Shown: positions 1-10,758, counted from the first letter of the stretch. The stretch is 64,000 nucleotides of DNA from Clostridiaceae bacterium (GCA_024635995.1 JAGXHW010000020.1:4136-68135); one strand, 5' to 3'. Program-made: numbers and translations. Notes: a model not told the origin generated them from the letters alone.

Positions 1-1
1 T

Positions 2-769
2 GGCAACGGCAACCTGTCCTTTTGATCCAAAAACCTCTATGCGCTGGTCATAGCCATATGCAGCTCTTCTGCTGTTATCAATGGTGCCGATGGCGCCACT
101 TTTAAATTTTAATTGAATAATGGCCGTATCAATATCCCCAGCTTCTCCAATAGCTGGGTCAACCAACACAGCGCCAGTGGCATACACTTCTTCCACTTCA
201 GATCCGGATAAGAAGCGAGCCATGTCAAAATCGTGAATGGTCATGTCCAGGAACATGCCGCCGGACACTTTAACATACTCCACCGGAGGCGCCTCAGGAT
301 CTCTTGAAGTGATACGAAGGATGTGCAAGTCACCTATATCGCCATTGGCCACCATCTCCTGGGCCTTCGCAAAGTGGGGATCAAATCGGCGGTTGAAGCC
401 CACTTGCAATTTAACCCCTGCTTGCTTAACAGCCTCTAATGCTTCCATGATACGGGGAACAGAAGTGGCAATGGGCTTTTCACAGAAAATGTGTTTTCCT
501 GCTTTTGCTGCTTCGATGATGATTTCTGCGTGGGTATCTGTAGAAGAACAAATAAGAACGGCATCAATGGTTGGATCATCAATCAATTCCTTGTAGTTAT
601 CTGTGATTCGCTGGATCCCCTTTTGACTGGCCCATTCCGCACCGGCTTCCAATGGCACTGAAGCAACTCCTGTAAGCTTAACCTGGGGGAAGTGTGCCAG
701 TAGGTTGTCACCGTGTAATTTTCCAATCCGTCCAGCTCCAATTAATGCAACATTGATTTGTTGATTCAT
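2..769 (-). CDS. iolG: Inositol 2-dehydrogenase (Gfo/Idh/MocA family), 3' end runs off the window
   Basis: Not in the ORF track. Manual translation from ATG at 769 gives MNQQINVALIGAGRIGKLH...HIFCEKPIA...QVGFNRRFD...GGMFLDMTIHDFDMARF...YGYDQRIEVFG, typical IolG motifs. Confidence 0.85.
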   Translation of the reverse strand, partial: MNQQINVALIGAGRIGKLHGDNLLAHFPQVKLTGVASVPLEAGAEWASQKGIQRITDNYKELIDDPTIDAVLICSSTDTHAEIIIEAAKAGKHIFCEKPIATSVPRIMEALEAVKQAGVKLQVGFNRRFDPHFAKAQEMVANGDIGDLHILRITSRDPEAPPVEYVKVSGGMFLDMTIHDFDMARFLSGSEVEEVYATGAVLVDPAIGEAGDIDTAIIQLKFKSGAIGTIDNSRRAAYGYDQRIEVFGSKGQVAVA

Positions 770-821
770 TCTGTTCACCTGACTTTCATTAGAGTGGTTA
801 TATTTTAGAATGTAACCTATT

Positions 822-1850
822 CTATTTTTTCTTGGCGTTCTTGCGCATGTCAATGATGACAGCAACGATGATGATCATACCTTCAACAATCTGCTGCCAG
901 TATGCATCGACACCCAACAATGTCAAGCCGTTACGCAAGACTCCCAATACCAGTGCGCCGACAACAGCGCCCCAGATGGTACCTATACCACCGGCATGAC
1001 TGGTTCCGCCAATGGTGGTTGCTGCAATAGCCGTTAACTCATAACCCGTAGCAGCTCCTGGATGAACGCTGCCGACACGACCTGCAAAAACAATGGCAGC
1101 CACGCCTGCAAGCATACCACCATAGGCATAGATCATGATCAGGTTTTTCTTCACATTAACTCCGGATACTTCTGCTGCCTTTACATTACCACCAATGGCA
1201 TAAACGTTTTTACCAAACCGGGTGTTGTTCAGCAAAACCCATGTGATCGCAACAGCAACGGCATAGATAATTACCGGAATGGGAAACACCCCAATGTTAC
1301 CACCAAGACTGGTAAAAGATGATGTCAGGTTACTAATAGGGCTTCCGCCTGTATAAATCAGTGCAAACCCACGGGCAACCGTCATCATGCCTAGCGTAGC
1401 GATAAAAGGTGGTATACCTGTGTAGGCGATTAATCCACCATTGATAGATCCTAAAAATGCTCCCAGTGCAAGTGCTGCAATTACAGGTACAATCAGTGGC
1501 ATTTCTGCCAGTCCCTCAAAATACTTATTGTTCGCCATGGCAGTCTGGCCAAGACTGGCTGCCACAACCCCTGTCAGGGCTAACACAGATCCCACCGACA
1601 GGTCGATCCCTTTTGACGTAATTATAAGTGTCATCCCTAGTGCCATGATGCCAAAAATAGCACTCTGGGTAAGTACATTAAAAATATTATTGGGTGTCAA
1701 AAACCGCGGGCTTAAAAAAGAGATTCCAATTACCATAAGAATTAACACGAAAACAATACCATATTTTTTAAGAATCTCAATAGCAATCTGCTTCTTGTCA
1801 CGGCTTTGGTCATTCGATGTGAGTGTTTGATCCGAGGTTTCCTTTGCCAT
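822..1850 (-). CDS. Sugar ABC transporter permease (RbsC/MglC-like), probably for inositol
   Basis: GIDLSVGS, PPFIATLGM, GYELTAIAATTIGG motifs; lies directly upstream of iolG. Confidence 0.9.
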   Translation of the reverse strand: MAKETSDQTLTSNDQSRDKKQIAIEILKKYGIVFVLILMVIGISFLSPRFLTPNNIFNVLTQSAIFGIMALGMTLIITSKGIDLSVGSVLALTGVVAASLGQTAMANNKYFEGLAEMPLIVPVIAALALGAFLGSINGGLIAYTGIPPFIATLGMMTVARGFALIYTGGSPISNLTSSFTSLGGNIGVFPIPVIIYAVAVAITWVLLNNTRFGKNVYAIGGNVKAAEVSGVNVKKNLIMIYAYGGMLAGVAAIVFAGRVGSVHPGAATGYELTAIAATTIGGTSHAGGIGTIWGAVVGALVLGVLRNGLTLLGVDAYWQQIVEGMIIIVAVIIDMRKNAKKK

Positions 1851-1868
1851 ATTTATCCCCCCATTTAA

Positions 1869-3386
1869 TTAAGCTGTTTTTTCATCCATGGCTCCCGTGG
1901 CATAGCGCATAATTTCTGCCTGTGTGAGGTCTTTTCGATTGTCAATAATACCAGTGACACGCCCTTCATGCATCACCATGATCCTGTCACTCATACCCAT
2001 GACTTCAGGGAGTTCTGATGAAATCATGACTATGGTTTTACCCTGCCCTGCCAGGTTGGTAATGAGCTTGTGGATTTCAGCCTTCGCACCCACGTCAATA
2101 CCCCGTGTGGGTTCATCCAGGAACAAGATTTCCGGTTCTGTCAACAACCAGCGGGCTACCAATACCTTTTGCTGATTTCCGCCACTGAGATTCTCAATTC
2201 GTTGATACATACTGGGTGTTCTCACTGATAATGCATCAATGTATCGTGTGCAGTCTTCTTTCATATCATTGTGATTCACCAGGTTAAACTTACCAACATA
2301 CTTCTTCATGTTGGATATACTCATGTTTTGAAGAACGTTCAACATAGGAAAAATGCCATTCATGCGCCGATCTTCTGTCAGCAGCGCCATCCCATTTCTG
2401 ATGGCATCTTCCGAAGAATTAATTTCTACCTGTTGACCGTCAATCCAGACTTCTCCCTCTGTTTTAGAACGAATCCCAAAAATGGCCTCAATCACTTCTG
2501 TTCTTCCGGCACCTACCAGTCCGGCAACACCGAGGATTTCTCCCTTTCGAACATCAAAAGACACATTGCTGAATAACTTTTCACCCGTCAGATTTTTTAC
2601 TTCCAGTTTCACATCTCCAATCTCACAGGTTACTTTTGGGAACAGATCAGTAACATCTCTACCAACCATCATGTTGATCATTTTTTCCACCGTCAGGTTC
2701 TCCGTCTCCTCTGTGCCGACATACTCTCCGTCACGCAAAACGGTTACACGATCTGCAATTGCAAATATTTCATCCAGTTTATGTGAAATGTATATGATAC
2801 TCTTTCCATTTTCTTTCAGTTTTCTCATGATGCCAAATAACTGATCCACTTCTCTAGACGTTAACGCCGAAGTCGGTTCATCCATAATGATGAGTTTTGC
2901 ATTATACGAAATGGCTTTGGCAATTTCAATCATTTGCATTTTAGCCACTGTCAAATGTCTCATTTCCGTTCGGGGATCTTCTTTCAAATCAATTATTTCA
3001 AGCACTTCTTTACTCATTTCATACATTTTCTGATGATCAACCAAACCAAAACGATTCTTAGGTTCTCTTCCCAACCAGATATTTTCCATGATCGGGCGAT
3101 TTTCCACTGGATTAAGTTCCTGATGAATCATTGAAATTCCCATCTTTAAAGTATCAGCAGTGCTATAATTCTCAATAAGGTTTCCATTAAAGTATATTTC
3201 GCCAGAAGTTTGTGGGTGTATGCCAATGAGACATTTCATCAGCGTCGATTTGCCTGCCCCATTTTCACCCATTAAGGCATGAATCTCGCCGTCTCTAACG
3301 GTTAGTTCTGCATTTTTAAGTGCTTGTACTCCGGGAAAGTTCTTGACTATGTTTTTCATTTCAAGTACATTTGGTTTTTCAGTCAC
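1869..3386 (-). CDS. Sugar ABC transporter ATP-binding protein (two ABC domains)
   Basis: GENGAGKST, LSGGNQQK, DEPTRGIDVGAK; probable start GTG at 3386 behind GGAG. Confidence 0.92.
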   Translation of the reverse strand: MTEKPNVLEMKNIVKNFPGVQALKNAELTVRDGEIHALMGENGAGKSTLMKCLIGIHPQTSGEIYFNGNLIENYSTADTLKMGISMIHQELNPVENRPIMENIWLGREPKNRFGLVDHQKMYEMSKEVLEIIDLKEDPRTEMRHLTVAKMQMIEIAKAISYNAKLIIMDEPTSALTSREVDQLFGIMRKLKENGKSIIYISHKLDEIFAIADRVTVLRDGEYVGTEETENLTVEKMINMMVGRDVTDLFPKVTCEIGDVKLEVKNLTGEKLFSNVSFDVRKGEILGVAGLVGAGRTEVIEAIFGIRSKTEGEVWIDGQQVEINSSEDAIRNGMALLTEDRRMNGIFPMLNVLQNMSISNMKKYVGKFNLVNHNDMKEDCTRYIDALSVRTPSMYQRIENLSGGNQQKVLVARWLLTEPEILFLDEPTRGIDVGAKAEIHKLITNLAGQGKTIVMISSELPEVMGMSDRIMVMHEGRVTGIIDNRKDLTQAEIMRYATGAMDEKTA

Positions 3387-3480
3387 CTTACTCCACCCCA
3401 TTTCATACATAATAACCTGATGCAAAATGGGGAAAGGGATCACTCCCCCTCCCCATTACTTCATATCAGTAACTATTCAA

Positions 3481-4431
3481 CTAAAACTCATCAACATTGT
3501 CTGCAGTAACGGGTACAAAATCGATCCATGTTACCTGATCAGGGCTTTCACCCATCACTGCTTTGTGTGCAGTTTCTACACCTATTCGTCCTTGTCCATT
3601 AAGATCCTGAAGCACAGTCGCTGCCATTGTGCCACTTTTAACAGCTTCCTGAGCATCCGGCGTTGCGTCTACACCCAACACAAGCACATCTTCCCTACCT
3701 GCTGATTGTAATGCCTGCACGGCTCCCAGTGCCATTTCATCATTATTGGCCAGGATGGCGTTAAGTTCGTCACCATAAGCTGTTAACCAATTTTCTGTCA
3801 ATGAAAGTCCCTGGTCACGCTGCCAGTTACCTGTTTCTTCTGCCAATATGGTGATACCAGCGTATTGGTCTAAGATCTCTTTGTTACCTTCGGTACGTTT
3901 GATGGCACCTTCGTTACTAAGAATTCCCATCAAAATACCCACATTACCTTCCTCACCCATCATCTCAACCAGGGCCTCACCCTGCATACGACCAGCTACG
4001 ATTTCCTGTGATCCTACATAGTAAATACCTTCTGGTGGCTGATCTTCTCCAAAAGGATTACGATTAACATATACCAGAGGAATGCTTGCCTCCTGAGCTG
4101 CATCAGTGATTGGCCCCATGGCTGCTGTATCTACCGGTACAACTACCAGTGCATCTACACCTTGCTCTATCATGGCCTTTACCTGGTCCTGCTGACGTAC
4201 AACGTCTTCCTGTGCATCCTGGATCACGATCTCTATGCCGTTTTCTTCTGCATAGGTTTTTGCGCCATCAGCTACGAATGTCTGACCCGTGTCATTCATG
4301 TTACTGCTGGCATAACCAATGGTGAGTGTTTCTTCCCCAGCTGTGTCGCCACCGGTATCGCCCCCGCCGCAACCGGCAAGTAAACCAATGGCCAATACCA
4401 ATACGAGCAACAAACTAATTTTCTTTGACAT
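3481..4431 (-). CDS. Sugar ABC substrate-binding lipoprotein
   Basis: Lipobox LAGC, ANNDEMALGA motif, acidic composition. Confidence 0.9.
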   Translation of the reverse strand: MSKKISLLLVLVLAIGLLAGCGGGDTGGDTAGEETLTIGYASSNMNDTGQTFVADGAKTYAEENGIEIVIQDAQEDVVRQQDQVKAMIEQGVDALVVVPVDTAAMGPITDAAQEASIPLVYVNRNPFGEDQPPEGIYYVGSQEIVAGRMQGEALVEMMGEEGNVGILMGILSNEGAIKRTEGNKEILDQYAGITILAEETGNWQRDQGLSLTENWLTAYGDELNAILANNDEMALGAVQALQSAGREDVLVLGVDATPDAQEAVKSGTMAATVLQDLNGQGRIGVETAHKAVMGESPDQVTWIDFVPVTADNVDEF

Positions 4432-4639
4432 TTTTCTTCCCCCTTATAATCTTTTCTTCCTAAATGCTTTCCATCTATATCAACAACCGGACACTTTGTC
4501 CTCGTGGTTGCCAATACCAATAACATAAACATGAACAGGATTGGTCATTGACTCTTATGGGGCAAACAGCTGAATTCAAATCAACCTACAGCTTGATAAT
4601 ACCCGGGACGCAATCCAATAAACACCCTTGCATCATCAC

Positions 4640-4697
4640 CGTAAACGTTTGCATAAACTCTTAGCAAAATCTTATGATATTTTGAGAAAATTGTCAA
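4640..4697 (-). promoter_or_regulatory. SigA promoter of the inositol operon with a LacI-type operator just downstream
   Basis: Minus strand TTGACA (4697-4692), 17 bp, TAAGAT (4674-4669); quasi-palindrome CGTAAACGTTTGCA at 4640-4653. Confidence 0.7.
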
Positions 4698-4850
4698 TAG
4701 CTATAATAAAATGTTTAATTAGTTAAAGTGTTAACGCTTTTTTTAGCCAAGCAACCCACTAATTTTCTATTATTTAGTTGGTTCATCATAATTTTTTCAA
4801 TTTAATGACATATTTATTATCCAAACCTTTGATTTATGCCTTGTTTTGAT

Positions 4851-4864
4851 TGCAAACGTTTGAT
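4851..4864. promoter_or_regulatory. Second LacI/cre-like operator, upstream of the LacI gene
   Basis: TGCAAACGTTTGAT, same AAACGTTT core as 4640-4653. Confidence 0.6.
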
Positions 4865-4975
4865 ATTATATTAACAACAGATCCAGGCACTTCCTACACC
4901 CTTGTATTACAGGTTTAAATCATGTATCGTATAATTTAAAGAGCTGGTCATCAGCTGCATATGAGAGGTGATTCC

Positions 4976-6025
4976 ATGACCGTAACCATTAAAGACATTG
5001 CACGCGTAGCCAACTGTTCATACGCAACAGTTTCCCGAGCTTTGAACAATAAACCTGGCATTAATGCCCAGACCAGACAGCGTATCATCGATACGGCAAG
5101 CCAATTGGGCTATCAGCCAAATGCCATTGCCAGGGGACTTGTGATGCAACGCACGCATACCATCGGATTGGTTATTCCGGATATCGTTAACCCTTTCTTT
5201 CCAGAAATTGCCAGAGGTGTGGAGGATGTTGCCAGCGATCAGGGATATACCGTGTTTCTTTGCAACACTAATTGGGACCAAACAAAGGAAAATGTGTATT
5301 TAAAAGCTTTACAGGAGAAACGGGTTGACGGCATCATCATCACACCATCCATCGACCTGGTATCGGCCAATGGAACGAACTATGCCTACCTGAATGAAAT
5401 AAACCTTCCCATAGTCATATTCAGCGGACAGTCCACCACAGGAGGCCACAGCCACATTGAAATTGACAATCACCGGGGCGGATTCATCGCCACAAAACAC
5501 TTGATTGAAGCCGGATACAAGCGCATTGCCTTTATTGGGGGTCGGGAAAGCTCCCATTCTAATTCTGAACGTCTTAAAGGGTATAAATCTGCTCTGACTT
5601 CCTATGGAATCGCCATTGATGAAACCCTCATCACAAACCATGACTTTTACAGCGAGAGTGGTTATGCCTTAATGGAATCATTACTAAAACTTCCCAATCC
5701 ACCAGACGCTGTTTTTACCGGAAATGACATCATTGCCCTTGGGGTCCTGGAATGCCTTCAGAAGAAAGGGATTCGTGTTCCGGAAGATTTTGGCGTCGTA
5801 GGGTTTGATAATATCATTTTTTCAGGTTACCCTCAAATACAGTTGACTACTATATCACAGCCACAATACTTGATGGGGAAACTTGCTGCTGAAATTTTAC
5901 TAAATGAAATCAACGGATTATCCACCAAAGGGGTACGAAAAACGATTTTAGAACCCGAGTTGATTATCCGAAAGACGACACGGAAACTGAATTTCCCCTA
6001 TAATATACGCGAAAAAAGCCGCTAA
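4976..6025 (+). CDS. LacI-family transcriptional regulator
   Basis: TIKDIARVANCSYATVSRALN HTH; ATG at 4976 after GAGGTG; divergent from the inositol operon. Confidence 0.93.
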   Translation: MTVTIKDIARVANCSYATVSRALNNKPGINAQTRQRIIDTASQLGYQPNAIARGLVMQRTHTIGLVIPDIVNPFFPEIARGVEDVASDQGYTVFLCNTNWDQTKENVYLKALQEKRVDGIIITPSIDLVSANGTNYAYLNEINLPIVIFSGQSTTGGHSHIEIDNHRGGFIATKHLIEAGYKRIAFIGGRESSHSNSERLKGYKSALTSYGIAIDETLITNHDFYSESGYALMESLLKLPNPPDAVFTGNDIIALGVLECLQKKGIRVPEDFGVVGFDNIIFSGYPQIQLTTISQPQYLMGKLAAEILLNEINGLSTKGVRKTILEPELIIRKTTRKLNFPYNIREKSR

Positions 6026-6051
6026 ATCACACATGTGAAAAGCGGCTTTTC
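6012..6051. terminator. Bidirectional intrinsic terminator
   Basis: AAAAAAGCCGCT...AGCGGCTTTT between convergent LacI and cinA genes. Confidence 0.7.
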
Positions 6052-6054
6052 TGT

Positions 6055-7292
6055 TTATTCGATTTTCTCTTTTATCATTTTCAGCAACCAGCACAGGGTC
6101 ATATTGGCTGCATAAAACCTGATTCTGTTTCGATCACCTGAAAAAACAACCTTTTGAGTTCTGATGGTTCCATCCATACACAGACCCATCCATATCAAAC
6201 CAGTGGGCTGTGCCGGATCGTCAGATGGACCAGCCCACCCTGTTACTCCAATACCAATATCGGCGCCACTCAATGATGCCACAGACCTGGCCATTTCGGT
6301 CACTGTTTCTTCACTAACCGGACCGTATTTTTCAATTAATGCTTCGGGAATGCCCAATTGTCTGGCTTTTGCTTTGTTGGTATAAGGGACTAGCCCCTCA
6401 AGCAAACAACGAGACATACCAGGAACGTTTACCAAACGTGCAGTCAACAGCCCACCAGTAAGGGATTCTGCCACAGAGAGGGTTTTGTTATACTCATTAA
6501 GGTAGTAAAACACATTTTCTTCCAAGCTTTTTGCCCTTCGCCGTAGATTAAATGACCCAACCGCTGATGGCAGACTTCTACAACAGGCGCCAACAGACCA
6601 GCGGTTTCTTCCTGGGTTTTGCCCCTTGCGGTTACACGTACATGCACTTCGCCTTCTTTTGCATAGGTGGCAATGGTTGGGTTTGCCTGTGCCTGAATGA
6701 TATCCCTTAATGCTTCTTCCACATTGCTCTCTCCAGACCCACATATACGAAGTACACGTGATTGAAAGGTTTGGTCCAGGCAGGGTTGTATACGGGGAAC
6801 AACCTGTTCCTCAAACATGGGGATCATTTCCCGGGGAGGTCCTGGCATCATGGCCATCATGCGCCCATCCTCATTGATCCAGCAACCTGGCGCCGTCCCA
6901 GCAGGATTAGGCATAATCTCTGATTTTGCAGGGAATAGTGCTTGTTTCTTTGCACTTTCAACAGGTTCAGCTCCCCTTGCTTCATAGTAATGTGCAATGG
7001 GTTCCCAAATATCAGGGTGATAGACCATGTCTTTTTCAAAATAGGCAGCCGACATTTCCTTTGTCAAATCATCTTCGGTAGGCCCTAACCCTCCTGAAAT
7101 CACAATGAGATCAGCCCTTTGATATGCCTGTTCAAAAGCTTCCAGGATCCGTGCCGGGTTATCTCCCACTACTGCCTGGAAGTATACATTGACCCCCAGT
7201 TCCGCCAGTCTTTTTGATAAATATTGTGCATTGGTGTTGACAATGTCACCCAATAATATTTCTGTTCCAATTGACAAAATTTCTGCTCTCAT
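6055..7292 (-). pseudogene. cinA: CinA (competence/damage-inducible protein, NMN deamidase domain), split by a 1-nt deletion (mutation or sequencing error)
   Basis: N-part MRAEILSIGTEILLGDIVNTN...GGLGPTEDD (6444-7292); C-part SVAESLTGG...GVTGWAGP (6055-6744). One more base in the T5 run at 6528-6532 restores IYGEGQKSLEENV. Confidence 0.85.
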
Positions 7293-7370
7293 GCATACAC
7301 TCTCCCAGCATGTTTATCTCCATGGTGATACCGATCTTCTGTATTTCTTTGCTCCCAGGCAACCCGTCGA

Positions 7371-7826
7371 TTACTCAGTGCCTGATTCCTTGTAGCGGAG
7401 CGACTCAATTTCGATCTTATACACATTGGTTACAGCCAGCATTTTCTCCTGATAAGGAAAGGTTTCTCCAGGTGCATGGTGTTCCATCAATCGATCCAAT
7501 CCCTTTTGTTTTTCATCCGGATCAGTCAATTTTATAACCTTACCGCTTCCGACAATACTTTTATAGTTCATGCTCCACTTACAGGCATCATCCTTACGTA
7601 CCACCTCAACATCGGCGTCCATCTCAAAGGCAATGAACGGGTTCTCAGATAGAATTTTTACTTTTGTTCCTTTATTGCCAGAGTGAAAATACAAAACCCC
7701 CTCTCCAATACCAAAGTTCACTGGCACTACATAAGGCTTGTTATCAACGCACATGGCTAAACGGGCAACAACGGCTTTCTTCATAAACGTTTCCACTTTT
7801 TCCCTGTCTGTTTCCCAATGATTCAC
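7371..7826 (-). CDS. Pyridoxamine 5'-phosphate oxidase-like flavin-binding protein (NimA-like)
   Basis: RLAM..KPYVVPVNF..LYFHSGNKGTK..NP..FE..YKSIVGSG pattern. Confidence 0.8.
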   Translation of the reverse strand: MNHWETDREKVETFMKKAVVARLAMCVDNKPYVVPVNFGIGEGVLYFHSGNKGTKVKILSENPFIAFEMDADVEVVRKDDACKWSMNYKSIVGSGKVIKLTDPDEKQKGLDRLMEHHAPGETFPYQEKMLAVTNVYKIEIESLRYKESGTE

Positions 7827-7860
7827 AATAATCCCTCCTTACGTTTATTATACAATAAAA

Positions 7861-7889
7861 TGGTTTAGCCGACACAATCGGCTAAACCA
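7861..7889 (-). terminator. Terminator-like hairpin downstream of symporter copy 1
   Basis: TGGTTTAGCCGA-CACAA-TCGGCTAAACCA perfect inverted repeat followed by T's on the minus strand. Confidence 0.65.
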
Positions 7890-7940
7890 CCTGCATGCAT
7901 CAGTACAAAACAGCTTTCACAGCTATTCTGGCAGTGTACA

Positions 7941-9544
7941 TTATGAAGCTTTCTGCCAGAAAAAGACACGGTTGTCCATGGGTTCTCCAGCCGCATTAAC
8001 AAAAGGTTTGGGAGGGTCCGATTCCTGTGTGGCCAGGGAAACCGCGATCATGGCAACAAGGCCCATGATGGCTCCCGGAATAAGTGCCATGTACAAAGCA
8101 TCCCAAATAGCCCAATCCATATAAACTTCTCCCTCCACCATTATACCCATATTGGCTTCTTTTGTATAAGGGAAGAAAAGCAGGAATGAAATGGCGGTTG
8201 TCACAGCACCTGCATAGAAAGAAGCCAGTGCGCCTTTGGCGTTTCCCTTTTTCCAGAAAAAGCCGGTGATATATGGAATAACCACGGTGACCAGTGAAAT
8301 CGATCCAGTAAATACAATCAGCTTATAGACAGTGCTGAACATCAAGGCAATACCCATGGCTACCAACGCTACCACTGGTATGGCCATGCGCATGATTTTC
8401 AGTTTCTGTTTTTGGTCTGCTTCCTTATTAAATTTGGGGTAAATGTTATTGCCGATCATCGTTGAAACAATGAGACAGTTATCACCCACCGTACTGATAA
8501 TGGCTGCTGTTAGTGCTACGATAAAGAGTACCCCCGCCCAACTGGGCAGGAAATTTTCCGCCACCCAGAGCAGCACATACTCCGTTTGTTCCAGGGGTAG
8601 TTCCAATCCATACGTAAACATAGCGATTCCCATAAGAACAGGTACTAATCCAATGGCCAGGTATAAAAACCCACTGATCATAAACCCGTTAACAGCTGTT
8701 TTTTCATCTTTAGCAGCCAGTACACGTTGCAACAATACCTGGCTGTTCAAGTCACCGATGCCCAGGGATGTCCAGGCAGATAAGTAGTAAACGATTCCCA
8801 GGAGCCCGGTATACCAGATAAACCCACCGTCATCAGGCGCAACAGGAGTAACGGCAAAGGATGGCAGTTCCCCCCAGTTTTCTGCGTTTTCAATAAAGTA
8901 ACTCCAGCCGCCCACTTCCCGTATGACCGTTGGGAACATGATCAGTAATCCAACGATGATCAGTGTAAAACCAATGGCGTCCACCCGGGACAATGCCCAT
9001 AGACCACCAAAATAGGTAACGATGACCACCACAATGGTAGCCAACATGGTTGCCTGCACCATACCAACACCTGTGGTCAGGTTGACAATGATTCCCAGGG
9101 CCACCAACTGACCTCCCAACCAGCTGGTAGCTGCCAATACCTGTATAAGCAGGTAGTGATCGCCAACTCGTTCATCATAGCGGGTGCGCATGTAATCCAC
9201 AACTGTGCTGAAGCGTGACTGTCTGAGCCGACGGGCAAAGAAAACCGCCACTAAAATCATCATCATTGCCGGTGCAAAAGAATCCCAGATAACTCCCTGG
9301 AAGCCCCATTTATAAGCTTCCGCTGCCGCTCCCATGATAGCCCCCGCACAGATCCAGGTGGCCACAATTGAGGGAATCATAAAGGGTAATGTCAAATTTC
9401 TGCCCGCCAGGGCTAAATCATCCGATTCTTCAATGCGACCTGAAAACGAAATCCCAGGTAAATAATTGCCACCACATACACTCCAAGAAAGGCTAAAATC
9501 CAATTTGCAGATTCAAAAACTGTAATCACCGATTGTTCCATCAT
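7941..9544 (-). pseudogene. Sodium:solute symporter (SSS) copy 1, frameshifted near codon 34
   Basis: ATG at 9544 behind GGGAGG gives MMEQSVITVFESANWILAFLGVYVVAIIYLGFRF, matching the paralog N-terminus. The frame shifts at the A4 run 9443-9446; one extra base restores ...FRFSGRIEESDD. Confidence 0.8.
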
Positions 9545-9791
9545 AACGCCTCCCATCATGGTTTATGCAAGGTTGTTATGCCGTAAACCAATCGCGTGAC
9601 TTCCAGTCTTTCGTAGGCTTTCAGTCGTCACAGAGGTCTTGATCAGACCTCTGCTGATGGCTGTAGTGTCTTGCGAAAAGGCTGTTACGTCCCGTGTGGT
9701 TTTCTATAAAGAGAGTGAGTATGTACCTTTACACACCCATAAAATTCCCCCTTATCGGACGATTTTAAAATGTCATACGTTTTATATCCTT

Positions 9792-9820
9792 ATTGTACAC
9801 GTTGTATGAATTCGGTGCAA
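9792..9820 (-). promoter_or_regulatory. Putative SigA promoter giving a ~240-nt leader for symporter copy 1
   Basis: TTGCAC (9820-9815), 17 bp, TACAAT (9797-9792). Confidence 0.55.
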
Positions 9821-9837
9821 AATTATGAAAATAAGGG

Positions 9838-10734
9838 TTAATGTTTCTTCTGTGCCACGGCACCAAAAACTTCATACAGCACTTTCAAAGCTGCCCAACT
9901 GGTAATATTGGAGTGATCCAGCGGAGGCGATACTTCGACGATGTCCACCACCTGTATCGGCAGCTCCGTCACCAGTTTACGTACGATTTCCATCAATTCC
10001 CTGGTGGAAAGTCCACCCGCTTCCGGCGTTCCTGTTCCAGGTGCATAGGCTGGGTCAAGCACGTCAATGTCCAATGTCAGGTAGATCCTCTTGTATGACC
10101 TGTACTTTTCAATCAACTGCCGGATAACTTCTGAAGTGCCTTTTTTATATATATCCCTTGCCTTGATCACCGAAATTTCCTGGTGCTGACCAAAATAGTC
10201 CAGCTCTTCTTTCATAAAAGACCTGAGTCCCACAAAACTGAGTCCTCCAGGTTTTACGTTCTGGAGTTCTACTGCCCGCCGCTGGGTGCAGGCATGAGAC
10301 CAACCATGACCGTCATATTCGGATATAATGTCGGGATGTGAATCGAAGTGAATGATGCCGATGTCATCCTCCGAATAAACCTTTGCAAAAGCTGATTCCA
10401 GGGGAATTGTCACAGAATGGTCTCCCCCAATGAAAACACAGAACTTGCCTGTTTTAATGAAATCATGCGCTTTTTTTTCAACTTCCCTGAAATAAGCAGT
10501 CCAATCCAATACTACTTCAACGTCACCGGCATCATATACTTTTAAACTTTCAAAAATAGTGCCTTCTTCCGTAACAGAAGGGAGAATTCTGGATAATTCC
10601 CTCAATCGATCCGGCGCTTCAGCGGCACCTTTGGCATTGCTGACAGCTCCATCAAAGGGTATTCCCATTAAAACCACATCTGCTGAAGTCAATTCATTCG
10701 TGTGTGTTTCTCCCCAGGGGTATGGGTACTTCAT
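9838..10734 (-). CDS. speB: Agmatinase (ureohydrolase family)
   Basis: GGDHSVT, HFDSHPD, SHAC, TLDIDVLDPAYAPGTGTPEAGG, DIVEVSP motifs. Confidence 0.85.
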   Translation of the reverse strand: MKYPYPWGETHTNELTSADVVLMGIPFDGAVSNAKGAAEAPDRLRELSRILPSVTEEGTIFESLKVYDAGDVEVVLDWTAYFREVEKKAHDFIKTGKFCVFIGGDHSVTIPLESAFAKVYSEDDIGIIHFDSHPDIISEYDGHGWSHACTQRRAVELQNVKPGGLSFVGLRSFMKEELDYFGQHQEISVIKARDIYKKGTSEVIRQLIEKYRSYKRIYLTLDIDVLDPAYAPGTGTPEAGGLSTRELMEIVRKLVTELPIQVVDIVEVSPPLDHSNITSWAALKVLYEVFGAVAQKKH

Positions 10735-10758
10735 TTTATCACCTTGTATAATGAACTC

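Noticed and set aside
6520-6540. Programmed -1 ribosomal frameshift in cinA
   Set aside because: The in-frame codons GGG CAA AAA do not form a canonical X XXY YYZ heptamer, and CinA is normally a single ORF; an indel is simpler.
9621-9740. Guanidine-I riboswitch or SpeFL-like arrest peptide in the symporter leader
   Set aside because: Only fragmentary resemblance (ACACGGGA; RNSLF). The conserved guanidine-I core and the SpeFL HIRRxxH motif are absent, and the ORF stops at codon 4.
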